This document shows positions 35,505 to 58,449 of a DNA stretch of 64,000 bases, piece after piece; position 1 is the stretch's first letter, and every line of letters starts with the position of its first letter. A program made the translations under genes and the position numbers. The DNA is from Eledone cirrhosa (Eukaryota). Where the stretch lies: contig OZ024757.1 of NCBI GenBank assembly GCA_964016885.1, positions 5,828,001 to 5,892,000 on the forward strand, in the 5' to 3' direction. The notes below the pieces were generated by a model, which was given only the letters and a program-made list of their open reading frames with translations, was not told the origin of the DNA and did not search any database.

Positions 35505-38500
35505 AGTAGCAGTAGCAGTAACCTCTTAACACGTTGTTGCCATAGTAATAGTAATACTATAGTAGTTGTAGTAGTAGCAGTAGCAGTAGCCCCTTAACAC
35601 GTTGTTGCCATAGTAATAGTAATACTATAGTAGTTGTAGTAGTAGCAGTAGCAGTAGCCCCTTAACACGTTGTTGCCATAGTAATAGTAATACTATAGTA
35701 GTAGTAGTAGTAGCAGTAACCTCTTAACATGTTGTTGCCATAGTAATAGCAATACTATAGTAGTTGTAGTAGTAGCAGTAGCAGTAACCCCTTAACACGT
35801 TGTTGCCATAGTAATAGTAATACTATAGTAGTTGTAGTAGTAGCAGTAGCAGTAGCCCCTTAACACGTTGTTGCCATAGTAATAGTAATACTATAGTAGT
35901 TGTAGTAGTAGCAGTAGCAGTAACCCCTTAACACGTTGTTGCCATAGTAATAGTAATACTATAGTAGTAGTAGCAGTAGCAGTAGCAGTAACCCCTTAAC
36001 ACGTTGTTGCCATAGTAATAGTAATACTATAGTAGTAGTAGCAGTAGCAGTAGCCCCTTAACACGTTGTTGCCATAGTAATAGTAATACTATAGTAGTTG
36101 TAGTAGTAGCAGTAGCAGTAACCTCTTAACATGTTGTTGCCATAGTAATAGTAATACTATAGTAGTAGTAGCAGTAGCAGTAACCCCTTAACACGTTGTT
36201 GCCATAGTAATAGTAATACTATAGTAGTTGTAGCAGTAGCAGTAACCCCTTAACACGTTGTTGCCATAGTAATAGTAATACTATAGTAGTAGTAGCAGTA
36301 GCAGTAACCCCTTAACACGTTGTTGCCATAGTAATAGTAATACTATAGTAGTAGTAGTAGTAGTAGTAGCAGTAACCCCTTAACACGTTGTTGCCATAGT
36401 AATAGTAATACTATAGTAGTAGTAGCAGTAGCAGTAGCAGTAACCCCTTAACACGTTGTTGCCATAGTAATAGTAATACTATAGTAGTTGTAGTAGTAGC
36501 AGTAGCAGTAACCCCTTAACACGTTGTTGCCATAGTAATAGTAATACTATAGTAGTTGTAGTAGTAGCAGTAGCAGTAACCCCTTAACACGTTGTTGCCA
36601 TAGTAATAGTAATACTATAGTAGTTGTAGTAGTAGCAGTAGCAGTAACCCCTTAACACGTTGTTGCCATAGTAATAGTAATACTATAGTAGTTGTAGTAG
36701 TAGCAGTAGCAGTAACCCCTTAACACGTTGTTGCCATAGTAATAGTAATACTATAGTAGTTGTAGTAGTAGCAGTAGCAGTAACCCCTTAACACGTTGTT
36801 GCCATAGTAATAGTAATACTATAGTAGTTGTAGTAGTAGCAGTAGCAGTAACCCCTTAACACGTTGTTGCCATAGTAATAGTAATACTATAGTAGTTGTA
36901 GTAGTAGCAGTAGCAGTAACCCCTTAACACGTTGTTGCCATAGTAATAGTAATACTATAGTAGTTGTAGTAGTAGCAGTAGCAGTAACCCCTTAACACGT
37001 TGTTGCCATAGTAATAGTAATACTATAGTAGTTGTAGTAGTAGCAGTAGCAGTAACCCCTTAACACGTTGTTGCCATAGTAATAGTAATACTATAGTAGT
37101 TGTAGTAGTAGCAGTAGCAGTAACCCCTTAACACGTTGTTGCCATAGTAATAGTAATACATAGTAGTTGTAGTAGTAGCAGTAGCAGTAACCCCTTAACA
37201 CGTTGTTGCCATAGTAATAGTAATACTATAGTAGTTGTAGTAGTAGCAGTAGCAGTAACCCCTTAACACGGTTGCCATAGTAATAGTAATACTATAGTAG
37301 TTGTAGTAGTAGCAGTAGCAGTAACCCCTTAACACGTTGTTGCCATAGTAATAGTAATACTATAGTAGTTGTAGTAGTAGCAGTAGCAGTAACCCCTTAA
37401 CACGTTGTTGCCATAGTAATAGTAATACTATAGTAGTTGTAGTAGTAGCAGTAGCAGTAACCCCTTAACACGTTGTTGCCATAGTAATAGTAATACTATA
37501 GTAGTTGTAGTAGTAGCAGTAGCAGTAACCCCTTAACACGTTGTTGCCATAGTAATAGTAATACTATAGTAGTTGTAGTAGTAGCAGTAGCAGTAACCCC
37601 TTAACACGTTGTTGCCATAGTAATAGTAATACTATAGTAGTTGTAGTAGTAGCAGTAGCAGTAACCCTTAACACGTTGTTGCCATAGTAATAGTAATACT
37701 ATAGTAGTTGTAGTAGTAGCAGTAGCAGTAACCCCTTAACACGTTGTTGCCATAGTAATAGTAATACTATAGTAGTTGTAGTAGTAGCAGTAGCAGTAAC
37801 CCCTTAACACGTTGTTGCCATAGTAATAGTAATACTATAGTAGTTGTAGTAGTAGCAGTAACCCCTTAACACGTTGTTGCCATAGTAATAGTAATACTAT
37901 AGTAGTTGTAGTAGTAGCAGTAGCAGTAACCCCTTAACACGTTGTTGCCATAGTAATAGTAATACTATAGTAGTTGTAGTAGTAGCAGTAGCAGTAACCT
38001 TAACACGTTGTTGCCATAGTAATAGTAATACTATAGTAGTTAGTAGTAGTAGCAGTAACCTCTTAACACGTTGTTGCCATAGTAATAGTAATACTATAGT
38101 AGTTGTAGTAGTAGCAGTAGCAGTAACCCCTTAACACGTTGTTGCCATAGTAATAGTAATACTATAGTAGTTGTAGTAGTAGCAGTAGCAGTAACCCTTA
38201 ACACGTTGTTGCCATAGTAATAGTAATACTATAGTAGTTGTAGTAGTAGCAGTAGCAGTAACCCCTTAACACGTTGTTGCCATAGTAATAGTAATACTAT
38301 AGTAGTTGTAGTAGTAGCAGTAGCAGTAACCCCTTAACACGTTGTTGCCATAGTAATAGTAATACTATAGTAGTTGTAGTTGTAGTAGTAGCAGTAACCC
38401 CTTAACACGTTGTTGCCATAGTAATAGTAATACTATAGTAGTTGTAGTAGTAGTAGTAGTAGCAGTAACCCCTTAACACGTTGTTGCCATAGTAATAGTA

Positions 38501-38608
38501 ATACTATAGTAGTTGTAGTAGTAGCAGTAGCAGTAACCCCTTAACACGTTGTTGCCATAGTAATAGTAATACTATAGTAGTTGTAGTAGTAGCAGTAGCA
38601 GTAACCCC
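35505..38608. repeat. 68-bp satellite array 2, running into the gap
   Basis: Same unit as array 1 and preceded by the same leader (35180-35520, matching 24745-25060). Confidence 0.97.
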
Positions 38609-38808
38609 NNNNNNNNNNNNNNNNNNNNNNNNNNNNNNNNNNNNNNNNNNNNNNNNNNNNNNNNNNNNNNNNNNNNNNNNNNNNNNNNNNNNNNNNNNNN
38701 NNNNNNNNNNNNNNNNNNNNNNNNNNNNNNNNNNNNNNNNNNNNNNNNNNNNNNNNNNNNNNNNNNNNNNNNNNNNNNNNNNNNNNNNNNNNNNNNNNNN
38801 NNNNNNNN
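38609..38808. other. Assembly gap (200 N)
   Basis: Run of N. The true distance across it is unknown. Confidence 0.99.
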
Positions 38809-46080
<7,272 letters not shown>

Positions 46081-49000
46081 ATAATATAAGATCAAAAGAT
46101 GGTTAAAGGAGTTCAATATATTTTATTATGCGCATTTCAAAAACAAACATCATCAAACAATAATATTTGTGTTTTCATCAGATAAAACAGGAGAACATGA
46201 TATGAAGGCTAAAAAAACACTTGTTGATAGTGCAGTTTTAAATCAACATATGAAAAGTGGTTTTAGATTGATGTGTGATATTGGGAAAAATATTTTATTT
46301 AGAGAGGGGGGGAGAGAAAAGGATGAAAAAGGGAAGGAGATGAGAGGGAGAGATGGGTGATAGAGAGAAAGAGATAGTTTTTATAACAGAGAGGAGATAT
46401 ATTTTATATAGAGGGGTTGAAAACCGTTGGAAGATACTGTATAAATTAAAAATTTGAAAATTAACGAAGGGAGGATATGTGCGAGGAAAAAATATATTAT
46501 ATTTAGGGAGGGGTGGGGGTGGAAAGGATGAAAAAAAGGGGAGGAGATGAGAGTGAAGGTGGAAAGGGAGAGATGGGTGATAGAGAGAAAGAGATAGTTT
46601 TTATAACTGAGAAAAAGATATAATGTTTTAATATAGAGAGGTTGGGAACCGTTGGAAGATAATGTATAAATTAAAGGAATTTGAAAATTAACGAAGGGAA
46701 ATTATGTATGGAGATAGAGAGAAAAAAATAACGAAGGGAGATTATGTCTGGAGATAGAGAGAAAAAAAAAATTAAAAAAAAAAAAAAAAAAAAAATAATA
46801 ATTGTGGGTGAATATTCAAAAGGAGAAATGTAGGAATCTTAAAATTAGCAAAGAGAAAATGTTTATGTATAGGATTTGAGAAAAATAATGTGAAGTTAAA
46901 GTTTTTATATTGAATTCATATGTATTAATAATGAGTTCGTTGATGGGGAGAAAAAAATAATAATAAATTAAGGATGAAATTGAGATTAAAAAGATTTATG
47001 ATAGAGAGAAAAAATAATAATGATTGCGGATGAATACTCAAAATGTCAAAAACAAATGTTATTGTTTTACGAAGAGATATAATGAGGGTGATGAGTAAAC
47101 GGGTATTATAGAGTGTATAATGCCCTTTAAAGTAAGGTAGATGGGTATATTTTAAAGAATATATGAGTATATATTAAAAAAAATATATATAATAATAAAT
47201 TAAGGATGAAATTGAGATTAAAAAGATTTATGATAGAGGGAAAAAAAAATAATAATGATTGCGGATGAATATTCAAAATGTCAAAAACAAATGTTATTGT
47301 TTTACGAGAAGATAGGATGAGGTAAATGAATAAACGAGTACTATAGAGTGTATAATGCCCTTTAAAGTAAGGTGGATGGGTATATTTTAAAGAGGTGTAT
47401 GTATATGTGCCTTTGAGAAAAGATTCTAAATTGATAAAGAATTGAATATTAACTGTATACTTTGTGAAAAGTTCTATGGAATTTATGAAGGCAGATGGAA
47501 AACAAATCCGAGCGTCTATTTATTATGGATTCTAGGTTAGAGATAATGGTAAATTTTTCATTTAGGCAGAGATTACAGATTTTAGATAGAGAACTGTTCA
47601 AGTACGAGGATGCAGAAGAAATCTTTTTCCAAAAGATGTTATATTTAATGTTTTTGTCTTTTAAGGACCATATGAGTTCTGAGAGAGCAGTGTTAGTTCT
47701 TTTAAGTTTGTATTTGAAAGATGAATGATGATTATAGAGACGAGCTTTAAAAGAGGTGGAAGTGGAGCCAAAATAGGTGAAGGAGTTGGTGCTAGTTATA
47801 ATTTTACATTCATAAATTAAGTTTTTATCGAGGCAATGGTTGTTGAGAGGACATTTATTTTTAATGCGGCAGTTGCAATTAGAGAGATTATTAATGAGTG
47901 ATCTAGTGTTATCTATAGAAGGAATTGGATTGGAGAAGTTGTTTGCGATAGGAATAATAGTTTCTTGATTTAGAGTTGGATTATGAACATTTAGCGAAGT
48001 TGTGTTTGACGTTGCATTTGGGTTTACAGAAGTTAGCCTAGGGTTTACAATGACGTCAGGAGTACTATTATTGTTATTATGAGATTCAATATTGGAAGGA
48101 AGAGATTTAGTATTTAATATTTTGTTGTTGTGTTTAGAAATGATGTTGGAAATATTGGAGGATGTAGAATACGAAAATTTAATGGTGTGTTTGTTAAATA
48201 TTTTACTATAGATATGTGAGGGAGGGAAGCATTTATTTAAGGCACTAAAAAATAATTTAGGAATATTGTTATTAATAGAGATGGAGAAAGGAGCATTATA
48301 CCAGATTATGTTTTTGTATCTAGGTCTTTTATTAAAATTATTGGAATGGTTATGATTAAATATTCTACTGTAAGTTTTCCTAGAATTTGTTTCTTTATTA
48401 TATTTGATTTTATCTGGATAGCCAGCTTTAGAAAGTGCGTTATTATAGTAATTGGCGTTAGCATCAAAGATGTTTTTATTAGAAGATATGTTAGATATTC
48501 TATTTCCAATATTATTAACTATAGCATTCTTGATATTGGTAGGATGGTTAGATTTAAAGTTAACATAATTAAGATTCTCATTGTTTTTATGGTAAGGGTA
48601 ATATAGGCCAGTGTCAAGATTAAGAGATACATCCAAGAAATTAGCTAGTTTGGTACTATTATCAAATTCAATTTTTAGGTTATGTTGGTTAAAGAGATTA
48701 CGTATATTGTTCTTAATAATATTAAGTTTAACTATATTGCAATTTAGGATAGTAAAGAGTCCATCGTCACGATAAATTCCACCGCGAATTTGAGGAATTT
48801 TCCGACTCAAAGAGTTCAAAATGAAGATACCAATTAAATCAGTCAATTGGGATGAATCGGATGCTCCCATTGTGATGTCGAAGTTGTTAGAGGTATCGGC
48901 TCTGGTCCAATATTCGTTGTTGAACTCTAGGATGGTTTTACGTGCGGTGAGGATGATGTGAAGTTCATCTGTGGTGATGTCAGAATATTTAAGTGCGAAA

Positions 49001-49162
49001 GATAGAGCATTATTGAGAAGTGAAGGCGAAATGGAGGAATAGTAGCTGGCAATATCGAATTGAATAAATTTTAGTTTGTTTTTATTATCCAATTTGTTGA
49101 ACCAGCCAATCACTTCAGAAGTACCAAACCATAAATTTAGGTTTAAAGAAGAGCAATTAGAA
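46081..49162 (-). mobile_element. Inverted, further-truncated second copy of the same PLE
   Basis: Reverse complement of 49654-52730. The ORF 47449-49162 differs by L/I, R/L and a 3-aa indel. Confidence 0.95.
46121..46187 (-). ncRNA. Type I hammerhead ribozyme (inverted copy)
   Basis: Reverse complement of 52624-52690. Confidence 0.85.
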
Positions 49163-49174
49163 TTGTTGGAAGGA

Positions 49175-51376
49175 AATCCTCCTTCCAACAAAAATCTAGC
49201 ACAATTCGAGGAAGAATTAACTAAAATTATAAAAAATCTTAAATTCAAGAGATACCCTTACAAAGGACAAGAGCACCTTGTAAATCTCAAGAACACAATC
49301 TCTAACCTAAATTCCTCAAAAAATGTTTTAGTCCACTCTGACAAAACCAATAACCTATATGGTATTTCCAAGGATAATTATAACAACCTTATCCTAAAGG
49401 AACTTAGGAAAAAGTATCGTAAAACCAACCATGAAAATTTAGAATGCATAAACCTTGAAGCCTATGAGATTATGTCAAAACTTGGCATTGAAAAAAAGAC
49501 CGAACCATTCCTCCCAAGAACTCCGAGGATAAATCTCAAGGATCACAAAAACAATTTTCGCACTGAACTACCTGTTAGATTAATCGCCCCCTCTAAATCT
49601 GATCTGGGGGTTGTTAGTAAAGCCATCTTGGATAGGATTATCCCACAGGTTAGTTCTAATTGCTCTTCTTTAAACCTAAATTTATGGTTTGGTACTTCTG
49701 AAGTGATTGGCTGGTTCAACAAATTGGATAATAAAAACAAACTAAAATTTATTCAATTCGATATTGCCAGCTACTATTCCTCCATTTCGCCTTCACTTCT
49801 CAATAATGCTCTATCTTTCGCACTTAAATATTCTGACATCACCACAGATGAACTTCACATCATCCTCACCGCACGTAAAACCATCCTAGAGTTCAACAAC
49901 GAATATTGGACCAGAGCCGATACCTCTAACAACTTCGACATCACAATGGGAGCATCCGATTCATCCCAATTGACTGATTTAATTGGTATCTTCATTTTGA
50001 ACTCTTTGAGTCGGAAAATTCCTCAACTTCGCGGTGGAATTTATCGTGACGATGGACTCTTTACTATCCTAAATTGCAATATAGTTAAACTTAATATTAT
50101 TAAGAACAATATACGTAATCTCTTTAACCAACATAACCTAAAAATTGAATTTGATAATAGTACCAAACTAGCTAATTTCTTGGATGTATCTCTTAATCTT
50201 GACACTGGCCTATATTACCCTTACCATAAAAACAATGAGAATCTTAATTATGTTAACTTTAAATCTAACCATCCTACCAATATCAAGAATGCTATAGTTA
50301 ATAATATTGGAAATAGAATATCTAACATATCTTCTAATAAAAACATCTTTGATGCTAACGCCAATTACTATAATAACGCACTTTCTAAAGCTGGCTATCC
50401 AGATAAAATCAAATATAATAAAGAAACAAATTCTAGGAAAACTTACAGTAGAATATTTAATCATAACCATTCCAATAATTTTAATAAAAGACCTAGATAC
50501 AAAAACATAATCTGGTATAATGCTCCTTTCTCCATCTCTATTAATAACAATATTCCTAAATTATTTTTTAGTGCCTTAAATAAATGCTTCCCTCCCTCAC
50601 ATATCTATAGTAAAATATTTAACAAACACACCATTAAATTTTCGTATTCTACATCCTCCAATATTTCCAACATCATTTCTAAACACAACAACAAAATATT
50701 AAATACTAAATCTCTTCCTTCCAATATTGAATCTCATAATAACAATAATAGTACTCCTGACGTCATTGTAAACCCTAGGCTAACTTCTGTAAACCCAAAT
50801 GCAACGTCAAACACAACTTCGCTAAATGTTCATAATCCAACTCTAAATCAAGAAACTATTATTCCTATTATTCCTATCGCAAACAACTTCTCCAATCCAA
50901 TTCCTTCTATAGATAACACTAGATCACTCATTAATAATCTCTCTAATTGCAACTGCCGCATTAAAAATAAATGTCCTCTCAACAACCATTGCCTCGATAA
51001 AAACTTAATTTATGAATGTAAAATTATAACTAGCACCAACTCCTTCACCTATTTTGGCTCCACTTCCACCTCTTTTAAAGCTCGTCTCTATAATCATCAT
51101 TCATCTTTCAAATACAAACTTAAAAGAACTAACACTGCTCTCTCAGAACTCATATGGTCCTTAAAAGACAAAAACATTAAATATAACATCTTTTGGAAAA
51201 AGATTTCTTCTGCATCCTCGTACTTGAACAGTTCTCTATCTAAAATCTGTAATCTCTGCCTAAATGAAAAATTTACCATTATCTCTAACCTAGAATCCAT
51301 AATAAATAGACGCTCGGATTTGTTTTCCATCTGCCGTCATAAATTCCATAGAACTTTTCACAAAGTATACAGTTAA
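49175..51376 (+). CDS. PLE polyprotein (RT + GIY-YIG endonuclease), open frame with the N-terminus missing
   Basis: SDKTNNLY, LKDHK, FDIASYYSSI, FDITMG, IYRDDGL and NFLDV motifs; a CNCR..CPL...C linker; then LIY...YFG.T...FKARLYNH..SF...CNLCLNEK...NRRSDL..CRH. The first ~33 aa of the listed 49076 ORF come from the inverted arm and the junction. Confidence 0.9.
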   Translation, partial: NPPSNKNLAQFEEELTKIIKNLKFKRYPYKGQEHLVNLKNTISNLNSSKNVLVHSDKTNNLYGISKDNYNNLILKELRKKYRKTNHENLECINLEAYEIMSKLGIEKKTEPFLPRTPRINLKDHKNNFRTELPVRLIAPSKSDLGVVSKAILDRIIPQVSSNCSSLNLNLWFGTSEVIGWFNKLDNKNKLKFIQFDIASYYSSISPSLLNNALSFALKYSDITTDELHIILTARKTILEFNNEYWTRADTSNNFDITMGASDSSQLTDLIGIFILNSLSRKIPQLRGGIYRDDGLFTILNCNIVKLNIIKNNIRNLFNQHNLKIEFDNSTKLANFLDVSLNLDTGLYYPYHKNNENLNYVNFKSNHPTNIKNAIVNNIGNRISNISSNKNIFDANANYYNNALSKAGYPDKIKYNKETNSRKTYSRIFNHNHSNNFNKRPRYKNIIWYNAPFSISINNNIPKLFFSALNKCFPPSHIYSKIFNKHTIKFSYSTSSNISNIISKHNNKILNTKSLPSNIESHNNNNSTPDVIVNPRLTSVNPNATSNTTSLNVHNPTLNQETIIPIIPIANNFSNPIPSIDNTRSLINNLSNCNCRIKNKCPLNNHCLDKNLIYECKIITSTNSFTYFGSTSTSFKARLYNHHSSFKYKLKRTNTALSELIWSLKDKNIKYNIFWKKISSASSYLNSSLSKICNLCLNEKFTIISNLESIINRRSDLFSICRHKFHRTFHKVYS

Positions 51377-52623
51377 TATTCAATTCTTTATCAATTTAGA
51401 ATCTTTTCTCAAAGGCACATATACATACACCTCTTTAAAATATACCCATCCACCTTACTTTAAAGGGCATTATACACTCTATAGTACTCGTTTATTCATT
51501 TACCTCATCCTATCTTCTCGTAAAACAATAACATTTGTTTTTGACATTTTGAATATTCATCCGCAATCATTATTATTTTTTTTCCCTCTATCATAAATCT
51601 TTTTAATCTCAATTTCATCCTTAATTTATTATTATATATATTTTTTTTTAATATATACTCATATATTCTTTAAAATATACCCATCTACCTTACTTTAAAG
51701 GGCATTATACACTCTATAATACCCGTTCTCTCATCACCCTCATTATATCTCTTCGTAAAACAATAACATTTGTTTTGACATTTTGAGTATTCATCCGCAA
51801 TCATTATTATTTTTTCTCTCTATCATAAATCTTTTTAATCTCAATTTCATCCTTAATTTATTATTATTTTTTTCTCCCCATCAACGAACTCATTATTAAT
51901 ACATATGAATTCAATATAAAAACTTTAACTTCACATTATTTTTCTCAAATCCTATACATAAACATTTTCTCTTTGCTAATTTTAAGATTCCTACATTTCT
52001 CCTTTTGAATATTCACCCACAATTATTATTTTTTTTTTTTTTTTTTCTCTCTATCTCCATACATAATCTCCCTTCGTTATTTTTTTCTCTCTATCTCCAT
52101 ACATAATTTCCCTTCGTTAATTTTCAAATTCCTTTAATTTATACATTATCTTCCAACGGTTCCCAACCTCTCTATATTAAAACATTATATCTTTTTCTCA
52201 GTTATAAAAACTATCTCTTTCTCTCTATCACCCATCTCTCCCTTTCCACCTTCACTCTCATCTCCTCCCCTTTTTTTCATCCTTTCCACCCCCACCCCTC
52301 CCTAAATATAATATATTTTTTCCTCGCACATATCCTCCCTTCGTTAATTTTCAAAATTTTTAATTTATACAGTATCTTCCAACGGTTTTCAACCCCTCTA
52401 TATAAAATATATCTCCTCTCTGTTATAAAAACTATCTCTTTCTCTCTATCACCCATCTCTCCCTCTCATCTCCTTCCCTTTTCTTCCTTTTCTCTCCCCC
52501 CCTCTCTAAATAAAATATTTTTCCCAATATCACACATCAATCTAAAACCACTTTTCATATGTTGATTTAAAACTGCACTATCAACAAGTGTTTTTTTTTT
52601 AGCCTTCATATCATGTTCTCCTG

Positions 52624-52690
52624 TTTTATCTGATGAAAACACAAATATTATTGTTTGATGATGTTTGTTTTTGAAATGCGCATAATAAAA
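52624..52690 (+). ncRNA. Type I hammerhead ribozyme
   Basis: Stem I ttttat/ataaaa; CTGATGA at 52630-36; long G-U-rich stem II; GAAA at 52673-76; palindromic stem III ATGCGCAT; AUA cleavage triplet ending at 52684. Confidence 0.85.
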
Positions 52691-52815
52691 TATATTGAAC
52701 TCCTTTAACCATCTTTTGATCTCATATTATGCATACTCCAGTCCACAAACTGTAGAGTGCTTCTTATCCGATATCTGCATTGCTTTATTGTACTACAATA
52801 AAACTCACCTCCTAC

Positions 52816-56470
<3,655 letters not shown>

Positions 56471-56965
56471 AACTTTGAAATGTTTTGGCCAGTATTGGCC
56501 CAGGCCATGTCTAACTTAATAGCACCACCTGGCGAAGTCTTTCAATTCAGGATTTGGGCACCATGGCCCATTCGAGAAGAGAATTACTGTTTGCGGAGAC
56601 ATATCCGGGTGTGGGTGGTTTGTCCGGGATTACTTGGAGGAATTTGTCCAAAGACTTCTTGAATTTTGTGTGGTCAGTTTCTGTTTTGACGTGTCCTGGT
56701 GTGATGTTGAAGAGAGCAGGGCCGATTGAGGTGAAATAATTGTGCCGTATTGTTGTTATGAGTTGCGATTTAGATTTTTGAATGGGACGGATAGCACGGG
56801 GCCCAAGCCTTGGGTGTATCTTGAAGGCGATGCCAACATCATTTGGGCAGTGATGATGGAACATTTTCCACATCATGCAGATAATATAACGCTCACGGCG
56901 ACGTTGGAGTGAGTAAAGTTTCAGGTTTTCCAATCGACCCCAGTAGTCAAGGTCTGACATGCCAT
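56471..56965 (-). mobile_element. CR1-group LINE 3' end inserted in (TA)n
   Basis: Open frame [22 protein letters not shown]...[19 protein letters not shown]...NSL, followed by a short 3' UTR. Confidence 0.85.
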
Positions 56966-56974
56966 CTATCTATA

Positions 56975-57013
<39 letters not shown>

Positions 57014-57129
57014 GTATATATATATGTATATATATATGAATATATATATGTATATATATATATATATGTATATATATATGTATATGTATATATATATGTA
57101 TATATATATGTATATGTATATATATATGT

Positions 57130-57171
<42 letters not shown>

Positions 57172-57350
57172 ATATATGTATATGTATATATATATGTATA
57201 TATATATGTATATATATATATGTATATGTATATATATATATGTATATGTATATATATATGTATATATATATGTATATGTATATATATATGTATATATATA
57301 TGTATATGTATATGTATATATATATGTATATATATATGTATATATATATG

Positions 57351-57383
<33 letters not shown>

Positions 57384-57412
57384 GTATATATATATATATG
57401 TATATATATATG

Positions 57413-57443
<31 letters not shown>

Positions 57444-57478
57444 GTATATATATATGTATATATATATATATGTATATA

Positions 57479-57521
<43 letters not shown>

Positions 57522-57522
57522 G

Positions 57523-57586
<64 letters not shown>

Positions 57587-57616
57587 TGTATATGTATATA
57601 TATGTATATATATATG

Positions 57617-57687
<71 letters not shown>

Positions 57688-57708
57688 TTGTATATATATA
57701 TATATGTA

Positions 57709-57751
<43 letters not shown>

Positions 57752-57846
57752 GTATATATATATATGTATATGTATATATATATATTTGTATATATATATA
57801 TATGTATGTATATATATTTGTATATATATATATATGTATGTATATG

Positions 57847-57912
<66 letters not shown>

Positions 57913-58449
57913 CATACATATATATATATATACAAATAAGTGACCTGACATAAGTGTGTATGTATGTATATGTATGTATATATGTATGTATATATATATA
58001 TGTATGTATATATGTATATATATGTATATATGTATGTATATATGTGTATATATGTATATATGTATGTATATATGTATGTATGTATATATGTATATATATG
58101 TATGTATATATGTATATATATGTATGTATGTATGTATATATATGTATATATGTATGTATGTATATATATGTATATATGTATATATGTATATATATATATA
58201 TATGTATATATATGTATATATGTATATATATAAATATGTATATATGTATATATATAAATATGTATATATGTATATATATAAATATGTATATATGTATATA
58301 TATAAATATGTATATATGTATATATATAAATATGTATATATGTATATATATAAATATGTATATATGTATATATATAAATATGTATATATGTATATATATG
58401 AATGTGTATATATGTATATATGTAGATATGTATATATATATGTATGTAT
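56966..58449. repeat. (TA)n/TATG microsatellite
   Basis: Directly visible. It includes a 24-bp sub-repeat at ~58230-58390. Confidence 0.97.

Larger units (their letters stand above)
49175..52815 (+). mobile_element. Penelope-like retroelement, 5'-truncated main copy
   Basis: RT + GIY-YIG frame, a ~1.4 kb 3' region containing a hammerhead, and an end in (TA)n. Confidence 0.93.

Noticed and set aside
24745-38608. Leader plus regular repeats resembling a CRISPR array
   Set aside because: There are no unique spacers and no cas genes, and the context is eukaryotic. It is a satellite.
49076-49248. Apparent start codons of the 766-aa and 599-aa PLE ORFs
   Set aside because: They are TTG starts within antisense sequence of the opposite arm. 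The real N-terminus is missing.
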